In this document: positions 26,001 through 35,949 of the stretch, one piece after another | How the letters are laid out: every line of letters starts with the position of its first letter | Position numbering within the stretch: the first letter of the stretch is position 1 | Assembly: GCA_002633005.1 (NCBI GenBank) | Contig: NMRA01000014.1 | Location: 1,212,838 to 1,276,837, forward strand | From: Phoronis australis | Lineage: Eukaryota > Animalia > Phoronida | Direction of reading: 5' to 3' | Length of the DNA stretch: 64,000 bases | The notes under the pieces: generated by a model | The model's database searches: none | Seen by the model: the letters and a program-made list of their open reading frames with translations, nothing else | What the model was told of the DNA's origin: nothing | Program-made: the position numbers and the translations under genes

Positions 26001-26739
26001 GGATCTTTACTAAATTTAGCAAGTGTATTTATGTGATGTTGACAACGGACGATGACGACTTTAGGATGATTCTGATTACCGGTATGCCTCTAGTGGCAAT
26101 TTTAGTATTTGCCTCTAGTGGCAATTTTAGTATTTTACATTGACCTCTGTATTTTCATAGGTCTTCAGGTGTATACTTTGTGTTACTTCGTGACTGTGAA
26201 GGAAAAGTTCCAAGTAGAAATTTGTTTCTGGCATTCTAATGCTGTGCTAATCTCGTATGTTGGTAAATTTGTTTTTAATTCTATGTTTCTGTGGTGCTTT
26301 AAGCAACTGGTGTATAGGATGTGCTTGTATTATGAAGATTACTCACATTTTGCCCCTAGCCTATTGAGGAGACAATGACCATGCCTTTCCATTTTGCAAA
26401 GTATGCCCTCTACTGGCCACTTTATGGTACCAATAAACAACCCTAGAAGGATACCGTATGCGGTGCAATTGTGGGCGCATTTCAACGCTCCGCGTTGCTC
26501 TTGTTAAATTTGAAATTATCCCTTATTCAGTGGAACCATATTAATTGTTGCATATTTAATTTAGTGGGTTGTTCTTATTTCTGAGTTTTTCTTGATATTG
26601 GTGTAAAGCAGTGACACCCAATTTTAGTTTATTGTGTCTATTTGAGGTGTCTAGGGTGAGTTACATATGAACTTTGGCCGTACTCTGCTTTCTTCTGTTG
26701 ACTAGGAGGACCATATGAACACAGAACACAACTCAGTAT

Positions 26740-26771
<32 letters not shown>

Positions 26772-29700
26772 GTGGGTGGCAAGGGATTGTACACTTTATA
26801 CCCACCGTTTTAGGAAATAACATACCTCTGTCAAAATGAGTGTATGGACTGGTGACGCTCCTCATCTATATTGCCAGTGCATCACTTTGAACATTGCTTA
26901 GTGCAGAATCAATGATTGTGGATATCCCTTTTCTGTTTAATACCTACTTTGCTAAAGGTTACTCTAAAAAGTGAAAGAAAGAAGTGAAAAGTGACGAAGA
27001 TGACCTCATTTAAACCTTATTTACATCACCATTGTTTACATCTGTTTTGGGAGTATTGAGATTTATTCTGCACACTGACAGATTTTTGAAGTAAAATAAC
27101 TGTTTTTGCTATTTGTTTTGGTCGTGTTCGTTGGGGGCCCCGTCCCTTGAATCCTTCTGTGACTGCGTCCTCTTTCAAAGTGTACCAACCTTGTGTATGT
27201 TGTCCACTTTATACAGGTGAGCCCTTCCTATCCCATGTGTGTCATTGTGCCCAAGTCAATAGATGACGAGACACTGCAGGCCTCAGCCTCCTTCAGACAA
27301 CATGGACGGTTCCCAGTGTTTAGTTATCAGCACAGAAACAACAGGGTGAGTTGTTTGAATGGAATGACCAGTTTTCGTAAACCCCTTTGATGTCATTGGT
27401 AGTGGATTGTAGAACTCATTCAAATGCTGTGTCAGAATTGTTTTGTCACTGCTTGAGTGAATGGATCCAACCAAACTAATTAATGTAAAAGACTTTAAAG
27501 TTAAGTGTAAGAGTTATTGTTTGTACTAGTGCCCTGAACTTCACATTATGTGTTGTGTGATTCACAGAGCGTGATACTGCGAAGTGGCCAGCCTCTGACT
27601 GGTACTAACAGCAGGCGGTGTAAAGAAGACGAGAAGTTACTGAGCGCTTATCTAAATAACAAGCGTGGTTACATCCTGGATACAAGGAGCCCGGCGATTG
27701 CTAAACTTGCCATGAATAAAGGTAAGATACAGCCTGGCGATTGCTAAACTTGCCATGAATAAAGGTAAGATACAGCCTGACTGTTGCTAAACTTGCCATG
27801 CATAAAGATAAGATACAGCCTGGCTATTGCTAAACTTGCCATGAATAAAGGTAAGATACAGCCTGGCTATTGCTAAACTTGCCATGAATAAAGGTAAGAT
27901 ACAGCCTGGCTATTGCTAAACTTGCCATGAATAAAGGTAAGATACAGCCTGACTATTGCTAAAGTTGCCATGAATAAAGGTAAGATACAGCCTGGCTATT
28001 GCTAAACTTGCCATGGATAAAGGTAAGATACAGCCTGACTGTTGTTAAACTTGCCATGAATAAAGGTAAGATACAGCCTGGCTATTGCTAAACTTGCCAT
28101 GAATAAAGGGCAAGATAATAGTGGGAGGGTATGCAAGGGTTTGTGACTACTTGGATATGGCTACATCCTGGATACAATAAACCCAAATGTCACTAAACTT
28201 GCCATGAATAAGGGCAGGATACTAGTGAGAGGGTTTGCAAGGGTTTGTGACTATTGAGACATGTGAATATTTTAGCATCCTTGGAGTTTAAATGTTTTTG
28301 ATTCTGAAATTTATCTAACCATGCTTTTGTGAACAACTTGTGTATTGTTGGTTCATGTAACTTTAATGCTATGCATATACATTTCAGTGGCACTTAACTT
28401 CTGATTCTAGACATAAAAATTCCAATTTGTTTTGGTGGAGGACAATCATTCACATTCAATGTATAAAAAGATGGATCAATGCAGAAGCCAATGTGTTTAG
28501 ACAATGTCTTGATTACTATTGATTGCAGGTGGTGGTTACGAATTGGATCACCATTATTCTCAGTGGAAACGCATTCACCAACCTATCGAGAGGCCACAGA
28601 CATTCCACGAGTCGCTGGTAAAGCTTGTAGAAGGTTAGCGGTCATTGTTGACAGTCCATGATTGACTAGTTATTAGATGATTTTAACCAGACTGGCCTAA
28701 AATGTCTTCTCCATGGCAACATTTGGTTTGTACCGTTAGGTGGTGTGCAGAGTCCAGCTGAGCCTATGTTGGGAGAATTGACCAACTCATAATGGCATTT
28801 TGAGTTACTTTACCAGGTCATGTCCTGGATGATATCATTGGTATGGAAATTAATTCCCATCATGCTTTGGAAGAGTTTGTGACATATCGTGGGTGGTTTT
28901 GTCATCGTAATATGTAACAGGCATTTCATGAATTGACTAAGATGTAGCTTGTATGTGACAAATTTGTTGCTACTATTTACTGACAAAGAATTGGAAAGAT
29001 GTTTGTGCTGACACAGTATTTTGGTTACATTTCATTTTCCTAATGCAGCTTTATATTGTGACTGACCACTCAGTTTTATTTTTCTTTAGCTGGTGATAGC
29101 TATCATGGTACACATCTTGAATTTGATAAAGCATTTATTTGGGCAACATATCTTTTATAGAAAAATGAAAAAAATGAAATTTTCTTTGTCATCCATGTTA
29201 TGTCCTATACTGGTGAGATGTTAGCTTATGTTGGGATTGTTACCTTAAAGCAGTAAGAAGAGTGCACACAGCAGATGAGGTTAACGTCGTCTGCTTTTTA
29301 AGATCTTTAAATTTGGTGAAGTTGATTACAGCAGCAGGTATGCGATCAGTAACACATACCTAATATTCAAATATTGTAACATGAGTTTTTGACTGTGGTT
29401 TCAGCTTGCAATGATACCAATAGTAGCATGGACAAGTGGCTGTCTCGACTAGATAATTCCAATTGGCTCGGACATGTTAAGGACATCCTGACCTGTGCCT
29501 GTGTGGCTGCACAGTGTATTGACAAGGAAGGTGAGGCCTTTGTATGATTCTTGTGTTCAGCAGTGGTGTGTGGAGTTGCTGCATGGTTGGTGCAGATGAA
29601 TCATGTATTTAAAACTGGAAGGGAGTGGGTGAACAGGTTGATCTGTAGTAGCTGGGTACTTTATTGTAGATGGGGTACTTGCATGACTGAATATGTAATC

Positions 29701-32700
29701 CAACACATTTCTTACTTAACCATGTCTTTTATATCTGTATGATCGGAAAAAAGCTGTTAACAGAAATTGTTCTGACTGTTTAGTGATGCTGATATTTTAA
29801 GTGACTGTGGATTTCGTGGATACCATGTTTTTGTGTTTGACTACTGGAATGTTTTGTTCAAAAATTACATTTTTTATTGGTTTGATTAGACTTAAAATTA
29901 CTCTTTTATCTTCTGTCATTCCAGGAATGTCCGTTTTAATTCACGGTAGTGAAGGTTTGGACACAACACTGCAGGTGTCAGCACTGTCTCAGCTCATTCT
30001 TGATCATGACTGCCGCACTGTCCATGGGTAAGGTCTCCGATCTTGTGATATCAAAATACGTATAACAATTAACTTGACACCGTGTCAGTCATACATTTTG
30101 CAGCAATACTGTTGTACAATAAGGGAATATTTTGTACACACTTACTGTGACTAATTTTTTGACATTTAAGCCTATTCCTTATGGGTGTCCCAGTCTCTAG
30201 GCTATCATGGGTTATTATTCTCCATCATTGGTAAATTTGCTGTATTTGGCTTGTGATTTTTAGCAAATCTTTCTTTGGGCTATTTTGGACAGTGTTTACG
30301 CTCCAAGCTCCTTTGACTTAGTTCACAGGGGTCACTTCATGTTGTTGTCTTCATCAAGGTTCCAAGCTTTAGTTGAACGAGAGTGGTTACAGGCAGGCCA
30401 TCCATTCAGTCTTCGGTGTGCTAAGTCTGCCTACGCCATGTCCAAGAACAGATACGAGTCTCCTGTGTTTGGTCTCTTCCTCGACTGTGTCTGGCAGGTA
30501 GGATTCTGTCACAGAATGACTAGGCTGGATTTCAAGCATAAGATGAACTTTGAAAGTTTGAGTAACGAGTATTAAGTTGTTGTAAACATCAAAACATGGA
30601 GAAGGCATGGAGATACACTTAGTGCATCTAATTGTTGTTTTAAAACACCGAAACATGGAGAAGATATGGAGGTACACTTTAATCTATTGAGTCGTAAATA
30701 TCAAGACATAGTGATACAGTATCTGTTTGCTTTGGTTAAGTATTTCCCTTGTGTTTTTGGAATGCAGGATTTTCATGAGTACCCCCTCCATTTGAATAGT
30801 GCTTTATTGGTATGTTGTCTATGCTTTTGTATGTGAATATCTGGAGTTTTCAAGCTTCCACTCAGCTGGAAGGTCTTCCTTACACCTTCATCATTCCAAC
30901 TTTTCTTGGGATTTCAGATCTGGCAACAGTTCCCGTGTTCATTCGAGTTCAATGAACACTTCTTACTCCTGTTGTTTGATCACGCCTACTCCTCAGAGTT
31001 TGGTGAGTTTGGCTCAGTAAATAATCTTCTTACAATGATGTTGCACCAGCTAATGATTATCAGACATTTCTGTAACCCAACTGTCCAGCAGAGGTATACC
31101 ATTTTAACACGTGTACATCTTTGTGTATAAGTTGGATTGAAAGTGCACACTTTTATAATTTAATGTGACTTTCAGCATATCTTTGGTGATAATGCCGACA
31201 TTTTAGTTGTTCTAAAAAGTCGCTGTCTTTCAGGTACGTTCTTGTGCAATAACGACATGGAGAGACACGGTCACAGACTCCAAGAGAAGACAGTGTCCCT
31301 TTGGTTAGTAATATAACTAGTAATGCATGTTTCCATGACAACAGGTAATCTCTCGTTAGTTTCTGTCACGATGATAAAACAAGCTAAAAATGTTAATTTG
31401 GGTTCGTTGTTTAAAAACATTAAATGAGATTTTGTGCAGCAAAAATGGCTGATACCCTAGTGTTTACTAGTAAAACCACAAAGTCACAATTCCTCAAGTC
31501 TTTGAAAAGGCTCAATCCAAAATAATCATAAGTGGTTGATTCAACTCCACTGTAATATTGAGGACCCTTGCTTTTGGAATGAATAATTAGCCTCACTAGC
31601 TTGAAATTGTACAAAATTCCTCCAATCAGATTAGAAATTTATCCATAATGATAAAATATTCCAGTCATGTCATTAATGACAGCACGTGTTCAATACGATA
31701 ACCTTTGTCTCAGTGAAACAAGTGGTGTTGGAGGAATGAGAGATTTCCCTTTCAGAAAGCACAAAAAGGTTTTGTACAGCAAGGTTCGTGGTACTTAAAC
31801 TCTGTGTTATTCCAGGTCATACTTAAACTCTGTGTTATTCCAGGTCATACTTAAACTCTGTGTTATTCCAGGTCATACTTAAGCCGGCCAGAGATTCTTC
31901 AGCGATACTTAAATGCCCTGTATGAGCCAAATCCAACTACAATATGGCCGTCTGTGGCTCCGCAAAGTTTGGTAAGTAACATTTTAAAATTAGTGGTATT
32001 TGGTCGTACTAAAATTTGACATCAGCTTTATTACACTTTTTAATGCTGTAAGTTCATTAGTTGTCATAAACCAAAACTACTGTATCAGTGTCCATTCAGA
32101 ATCATGGCTAATATAATAGTGTGTAAGAGCCAGTTTGACTAGGACTACCAGTGTGATAGACGTCAGTTTTATTACCCCACAGTCGCTGTGGTCCGGCCTA
32201 TTCCTACGGTGGCAGATAGATATGTCGGCTCAGGAGGAGGGTTGGAACGAGATCATCAACATCAAGGAAACTAACAAAGACCTTGTGATGAAAGCCAACC
32301 GCTGCAGGAGGTATGATCACCCTATGCTAGAACTGTCAAGGGCTTAGAGTGAAATAACTGCTGTGGAAATTAGGTCATCTTTTTTGGTACACATTGGCAG
32401 GTGAAGTTGATGTGGTAACAATGCCAAAGACTGTTGAGGTGCCGGACACGAAGAAATAAGTCATTTCTTCTCAAGAGTGTTGTACTCAACAAACCTCCCC
32501 AGATCACTTTTTCTGTCATTATTAACCACAATCTGATGTAAGCCCTTGACTGATGCAAGTTGTCATGGCAACACCCAAACAATGGTTGTACCAATAGTTG
32601 TGCAGCTGTAATCGAGAAAATAGTTAGTTTGAAGCTTTGTTGACCATCATTTTTTGTTACCAGTACCAACTCAAGATTCTTTTCAAATGTTACTGCTAAA

Positions 32701-33749
32701 ACAAGGTTCATATCTGGTATGTTTCCCTTGCCATGGGTGCGTTGATATTCCTGGTGGAACATTATTACTATTGAGTCCACGAAACTGACCTACACATTTC
32801 AAGCNAACCAAAACTACTGTATCAGTGTCCATTCAGAATCATGGATAATAGAATAGTGTGTAAGAGCCAGTTTGACTAGGACTACCAGTGTGATAGACGT
32901 CAGTTTTATTACCCCATAGTCGCTGTGGTCCGGACTATTCCTACGGTGGCAGATAGACATGTCGGCTCAAGAGGAGGGTTGGAACGAGATCATCAACATC
33001 AAGGAAACTAACAAAGATCTTGTGATGAAAGCCAACCGCTGCAGGAGGTATGATCACCCTATGCTATAACTGTCAAGGGCTTAGAGTGAAATAACTGCTG
33101 TGGAAATTAGGTCATCTTTTTTGGTACACATTGGCAGGTGAAGTTGATGTGGTAACAATGCCAAAGACTGTTGAGGTGCCGGACACGAAGAAATAAGTCA
33201 TTTCTTCTCAAGAGTGTTGTACTCAACAAACCTCCCCAGATCACTTTTTCTGTCATTATTAACCACAATCTGATGTAAGCCCTTGACTGATGCAAGTTGT
33301 CATGGCAACACCCAAACAATGGTTGTACCAATAGTTGTGCAGCTGTAATCGAGAAAATAGTTAGTTTGAAGCTTTGTTGACCATCATTTTTTGTTACCAG
33401 TACCAACTCAAGATTCTTTTCAAATGTTACTGCTAAAACAAGGTTCATATCTGGTATGTTTCCCTTGCCATGGGTGCGTTGATATTCCTGGTGGAACATT
33501 ATTACTATTGAGTCCACGAAACTGACCTACACATTTCAAGCTTCACGAGTGAATTCACTTGTGGCAATATCTTTCTCATATTATTGTGTTAAAATTTATA
33601 CTTTTCACTGTTATTGCTGTTAGTAGAAATGTTTTCACCGTATTCCCACTGTTTGCAGACAGATAGATGCTCTGGAGCGGGAGGCAGTAGCAGCTGACAT
33701 TTTGCAGCCAGTACTGCCAGAGTACAGAGACAACGAGTATGAAGACTGA
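23021..33749 (+). CDS. MTMR9: Myotubularin-related protein 9 (inactive myotubularin), ~562 aa. Coding exons 23021-23173, 23712-23865, 24292-24443, 27217-27345, 27568-27721, 28529-28633, 29405-29530, 29925-30027, 30359-30497, 30918-31002, 31234-31303, 31872-31971, 32183-32310 (duplicate at 32920-33047), 33659-33749
   Basis: Fourteen GT-AG exons total 1689 nt in frame: MEFAELIK..., KCKDF, YPFFYHP, PSYP...VPKSIDDE, FRQHGRFPV, RSGQPLTGTNSRRCKEDE, HGSEGLDTTLQV, EREWLQAGHPF, FLDCVWQ, FPCSFEFNE, IWPSVAPQSL. The sequence closely follows vertebrate MTMR9. Confidence 0.96.
24532..26505 (+). mobile_element. Non-autonomous Helentron/HINE (DINE-1-like) element with internal ~451-bp x3 satellite, in MTMR9 intron
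   Basis: 5' T-run plus sub-TIR ATGCGCCCACA with an adjacent palindrome, then a (GTCC)n microsatellite. Tandem units start at ~24715, 25166 and 25617. The 3' end has an inverted sub-TIR TGTGGGCGCAT, hairpin CAACGC-TCC-GCGTTG and a T-rich tail. Confidence 0.85.
27690..28110 (+). repeat. 43-bp tandem array x~10 spanning the MTMR9 exon 5 end and its donor site
   Basis: Unit CCTGGCTATTGCTAAACTTGCCATGAATAAAG|GTAAGATACAG. Confidence 0.95.
31792..31882 (+). repeat. 28-bp tandem repeat x3 spanning the MTMR9 exon 12 acceptor
   Basis: (GTCATACTTAAACTCTGTGTTATTCCAG)x3. Confidence 0.95.
32920..33047 (+). other. Second copy of MTMR9 exon 13 inside a 737-bp tandem duplication (about 32069-32804 / 32806-33541)
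   Basis: The two copies are nearly identical and are separated by a single N at 32805. The exon differences are synonymous. Confidence 0.85.
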
Positions 33750-34254
33750 CTGGGCATTCCAATCTGGGCTACAGATGGAGCCACCTACTTGGGTCATCAA
33801 GTGTTGTTATCTCCAGTGAGGACTGTCATTGTGTCGTGATACGTGCAAACCTTGAACTCTGTCTTGTCAAATGTAAACATGTCACAGAGGTACTAAAATG
33901 TGAGACTGCATGATTCAGTTCTTCTCCAAGGAATTTGTCAAATTTGTTGCAGTACGGAAAAGTACAGCATAAACTCGCGGGAAAATTGGTGCATGCGACC
34001 AAGGATCCTTGGAAGCGAATGAATTACCGATATTTTGTCTCTAAGAGAATCTCCATGCTGTGTATCAAGAGTGGGGATAATGAACTTAACTGTCATTCAC
34101 AACTTTTTAAATTGAGTTTACTTGGTAGTTTCACCCTCATGGAGCTCTGATCTCTCCCTTAGCCATGCCGTAACTGTTGAGGGCTTTGATTCAAAAACAA
34201 ATTACAAGATCCTCCTGTGCTGCATATGTGCGCAGTACTGCAATCTGCTACAAA

Positions 34255-34598
34255 GTACTGTACTGTGCTACACTGTACTGTGCTACACTGTATTGTACTA
34301 TACTGTACTTGCTGTACTGTGCTACACTGTACTGTACTGTGCTGTAATGTGCGGTACTGTACTGTGCTGTAATGTGCGGTACTGTACTGTGCTACACTGT
34401 ACTGTACTGTGCTGTACTGTACTGTGCTACACTGTACTGTGCTGTGCTGCACTGTACAGTACTGTGCTACATTGTACTGTACTGTGCTGTACTGTACTGT
34501 GCTACACTGTGCTGTGCTGCACTGTACAGTACTGTGCTACATTGTACTGTACTGTACTGTACTGTACTGTACTGTACTGTACTGTGCTACACTGTACT
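34255..34598. repeat. (CTGTA/CTGTG)n pentanucleotide microsatellite
   Basis: Long imperfect pentamer run between the MTMR9 and KLHDC9 stop codons. Confidence 0.95.
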
Positions 34599-34974
34599 TT
34601 ATAACTGAAAGTGAAGTAATTATTTTCAAGACTTAACTAAATAGTGTGCCAGGTTTTACGATCTGGTTTGTCAAGATCCATCATTTCTGGAGAACCTTGG
34701 ATTCAGTCTACAGTTTAATGGTCTAGTTGTGCTGCAAGTCGGGTCTCTCAAGCTGTGCTTATAGTGTGTATAAGTGCAATATGTGTATCTAATATTTCAT
34801 TAGATTATTTATACGTTGTCTGTTAAGTTCTGTGAGTGTATAAGCACTAGACAATACAGTAATGGAATGGTTGCTATTTTCTGTTTCAAGATTTAGCATG
34901 AAACACATTGTTTCAAGTAGCACTTCACAGCTTTTTACAGAAACTCGAGTAAACCACTGTACATTCAAGTTGTG

Positions 34975-35949
34975 TTAAGAAAAAGTCAACTGAAACATTT
35001 CATTGCGAACTCCATATTTAAGTCCCTCTCCACCGTGTATAAATATGTCATCATCTGTTGCTATGGCAACATGCCCTTGGCGACCAATATCAGACACATT
35101 GAGTTTAATCCAGCTGAGATGATCTTGTAAAGTGACCAAGTACATCTCACCAACAGGGTCCCGGTTCCTGCCATCAAATGTTTCCCCACCATGAAGGAAG
35201 ACACAGCCTTTTCCTGCAACAGCAATGTGGTGCTTGCGGCCACAGGGTGGCTTAGGCATTGGATCATGCTGTTTGGCTAATGTTTTAACATGTGTCATAA
35301 TGGTGGATTCATTGAGAGAAGGCACCTTAAATCCTTGATACTGTTCCACAAGTTTGTCACTGCGTCCTCCAATCGTCACAAGTCTGGTCCCTACTGGCAC
35401 CGTACAGTGACCAGAACGAGAAGCGACACCTAGTGCATAGTCACTGTACTTGAAGCCATGTTTTATTGTGCCAGTCAGCATGAATGCATTGCCTGATCTC
35501 CTCTGAGTCCGTAGACTTCCTTCTCGGCCTATTATGAGTATACTTCCATCAGTGAGTAACGTGGATGTGTGAGAACTCAACCCAGCACCAACTGGAAAGC
35601 CTGAAGCAGGAAGGTGGCGCCAGCTGTGGTTATGTGTGTCAAAAGCATACACATCACTGGTTCGCTGTTTACCATCCCATCCACCAATCAGGATCAAGTA
35701 ACAATTGTCATACACAACACAACAGTGATGGCTCAGTGCTGGGGAACCTTGGCTTTCTATTTCACTCCACGATTTACTTGTTATGTTGAATTTGTAGAGC
35801 CTGCGTGATGGATCTTTGCTACCATGCTTTTCAATTCCACCGTGAACGTAAATGTCAGTGCCTACTAACCCTGCCACATGATAGGCCAGTTTTGGACCAT
35901 TAGTATTGAAGGGGTGGAATCGAAGAGTTTTCAACGAAGTGCCTGCCAT
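34975..35949 (-). CDS. KLHDC9: Kelch domain-containing protein 9-like, 324 aa, single coding exon
   Basis: ORF from ATG at 35949 (aagATGG context, just after an acceptor AG at 35963-35964) to TAA. Kelch GG repeats are present, plus KLHDC9-typical motifs IGGWDG, GLSSHT, GREG.LRTQRRSG, SRSGHC and HGGET. Confidence 0.85.
   Translation of the reverse strand: MAGTSLKTLRFHPFNTNGPKLAYHVAGLVGTDIYVHGGIEKHGSKDPSRRLYKFNITSKSWSEIESQGSPALSHHCCVVYDNCYLILIGGWDGKQRTSDVYAFDTHNHSWRHLPASGFPVGAGLSSHTSTLLTDGSILIIGREGSLRTQRRSGNAFMLTGTIKHGFKYSDYALGVASRSGHCTVPVGTRLVTIGGRSDKLVEQYQGFKVPSLNESTIMTHVKTLAKQHDPMPKPPCGRKHHIAVAGKGCVFLHGGETFDGRNRDPVGEMYLVTLQDHLSWIKLNVSDIGRQGHVAIATDDDIFIHGGEGLKYGVRNEMFQLTFS

Noticed and set aside
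24402-26378. ORFs inside the HINE element as a possible transposase or Rep/helicase
   Set aside because: They are short, repeat with the satellite unit and have no HUH or helicase motifs; the element is non-autonomous.
27690-28110. CRISPR-like array
   Set aside because: The units are contiguous with no variable spacers, and they derive from the exon end and donor site.
32370-33517. Two identical 136-aa minus-strand ORFs
   Set aside because: They have a non-ATG start, lie antisense in an MTMR9 intron, show no recognisable domain, and are identical only because of the duplication across the N.
33747-33839. Stop-codon readthrough of MTMR9 (TGA CTG)
   Set aside because: The context is not the strong TGA-CTAG motif, and the short extension has no recognisable feature.
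34122-34636. Cys/Tyr/Val-rich ORFs (CTVLY repeats)
   Set aside because: They are translations of the (CTGTA)n microsatellite in several frames on both strands.
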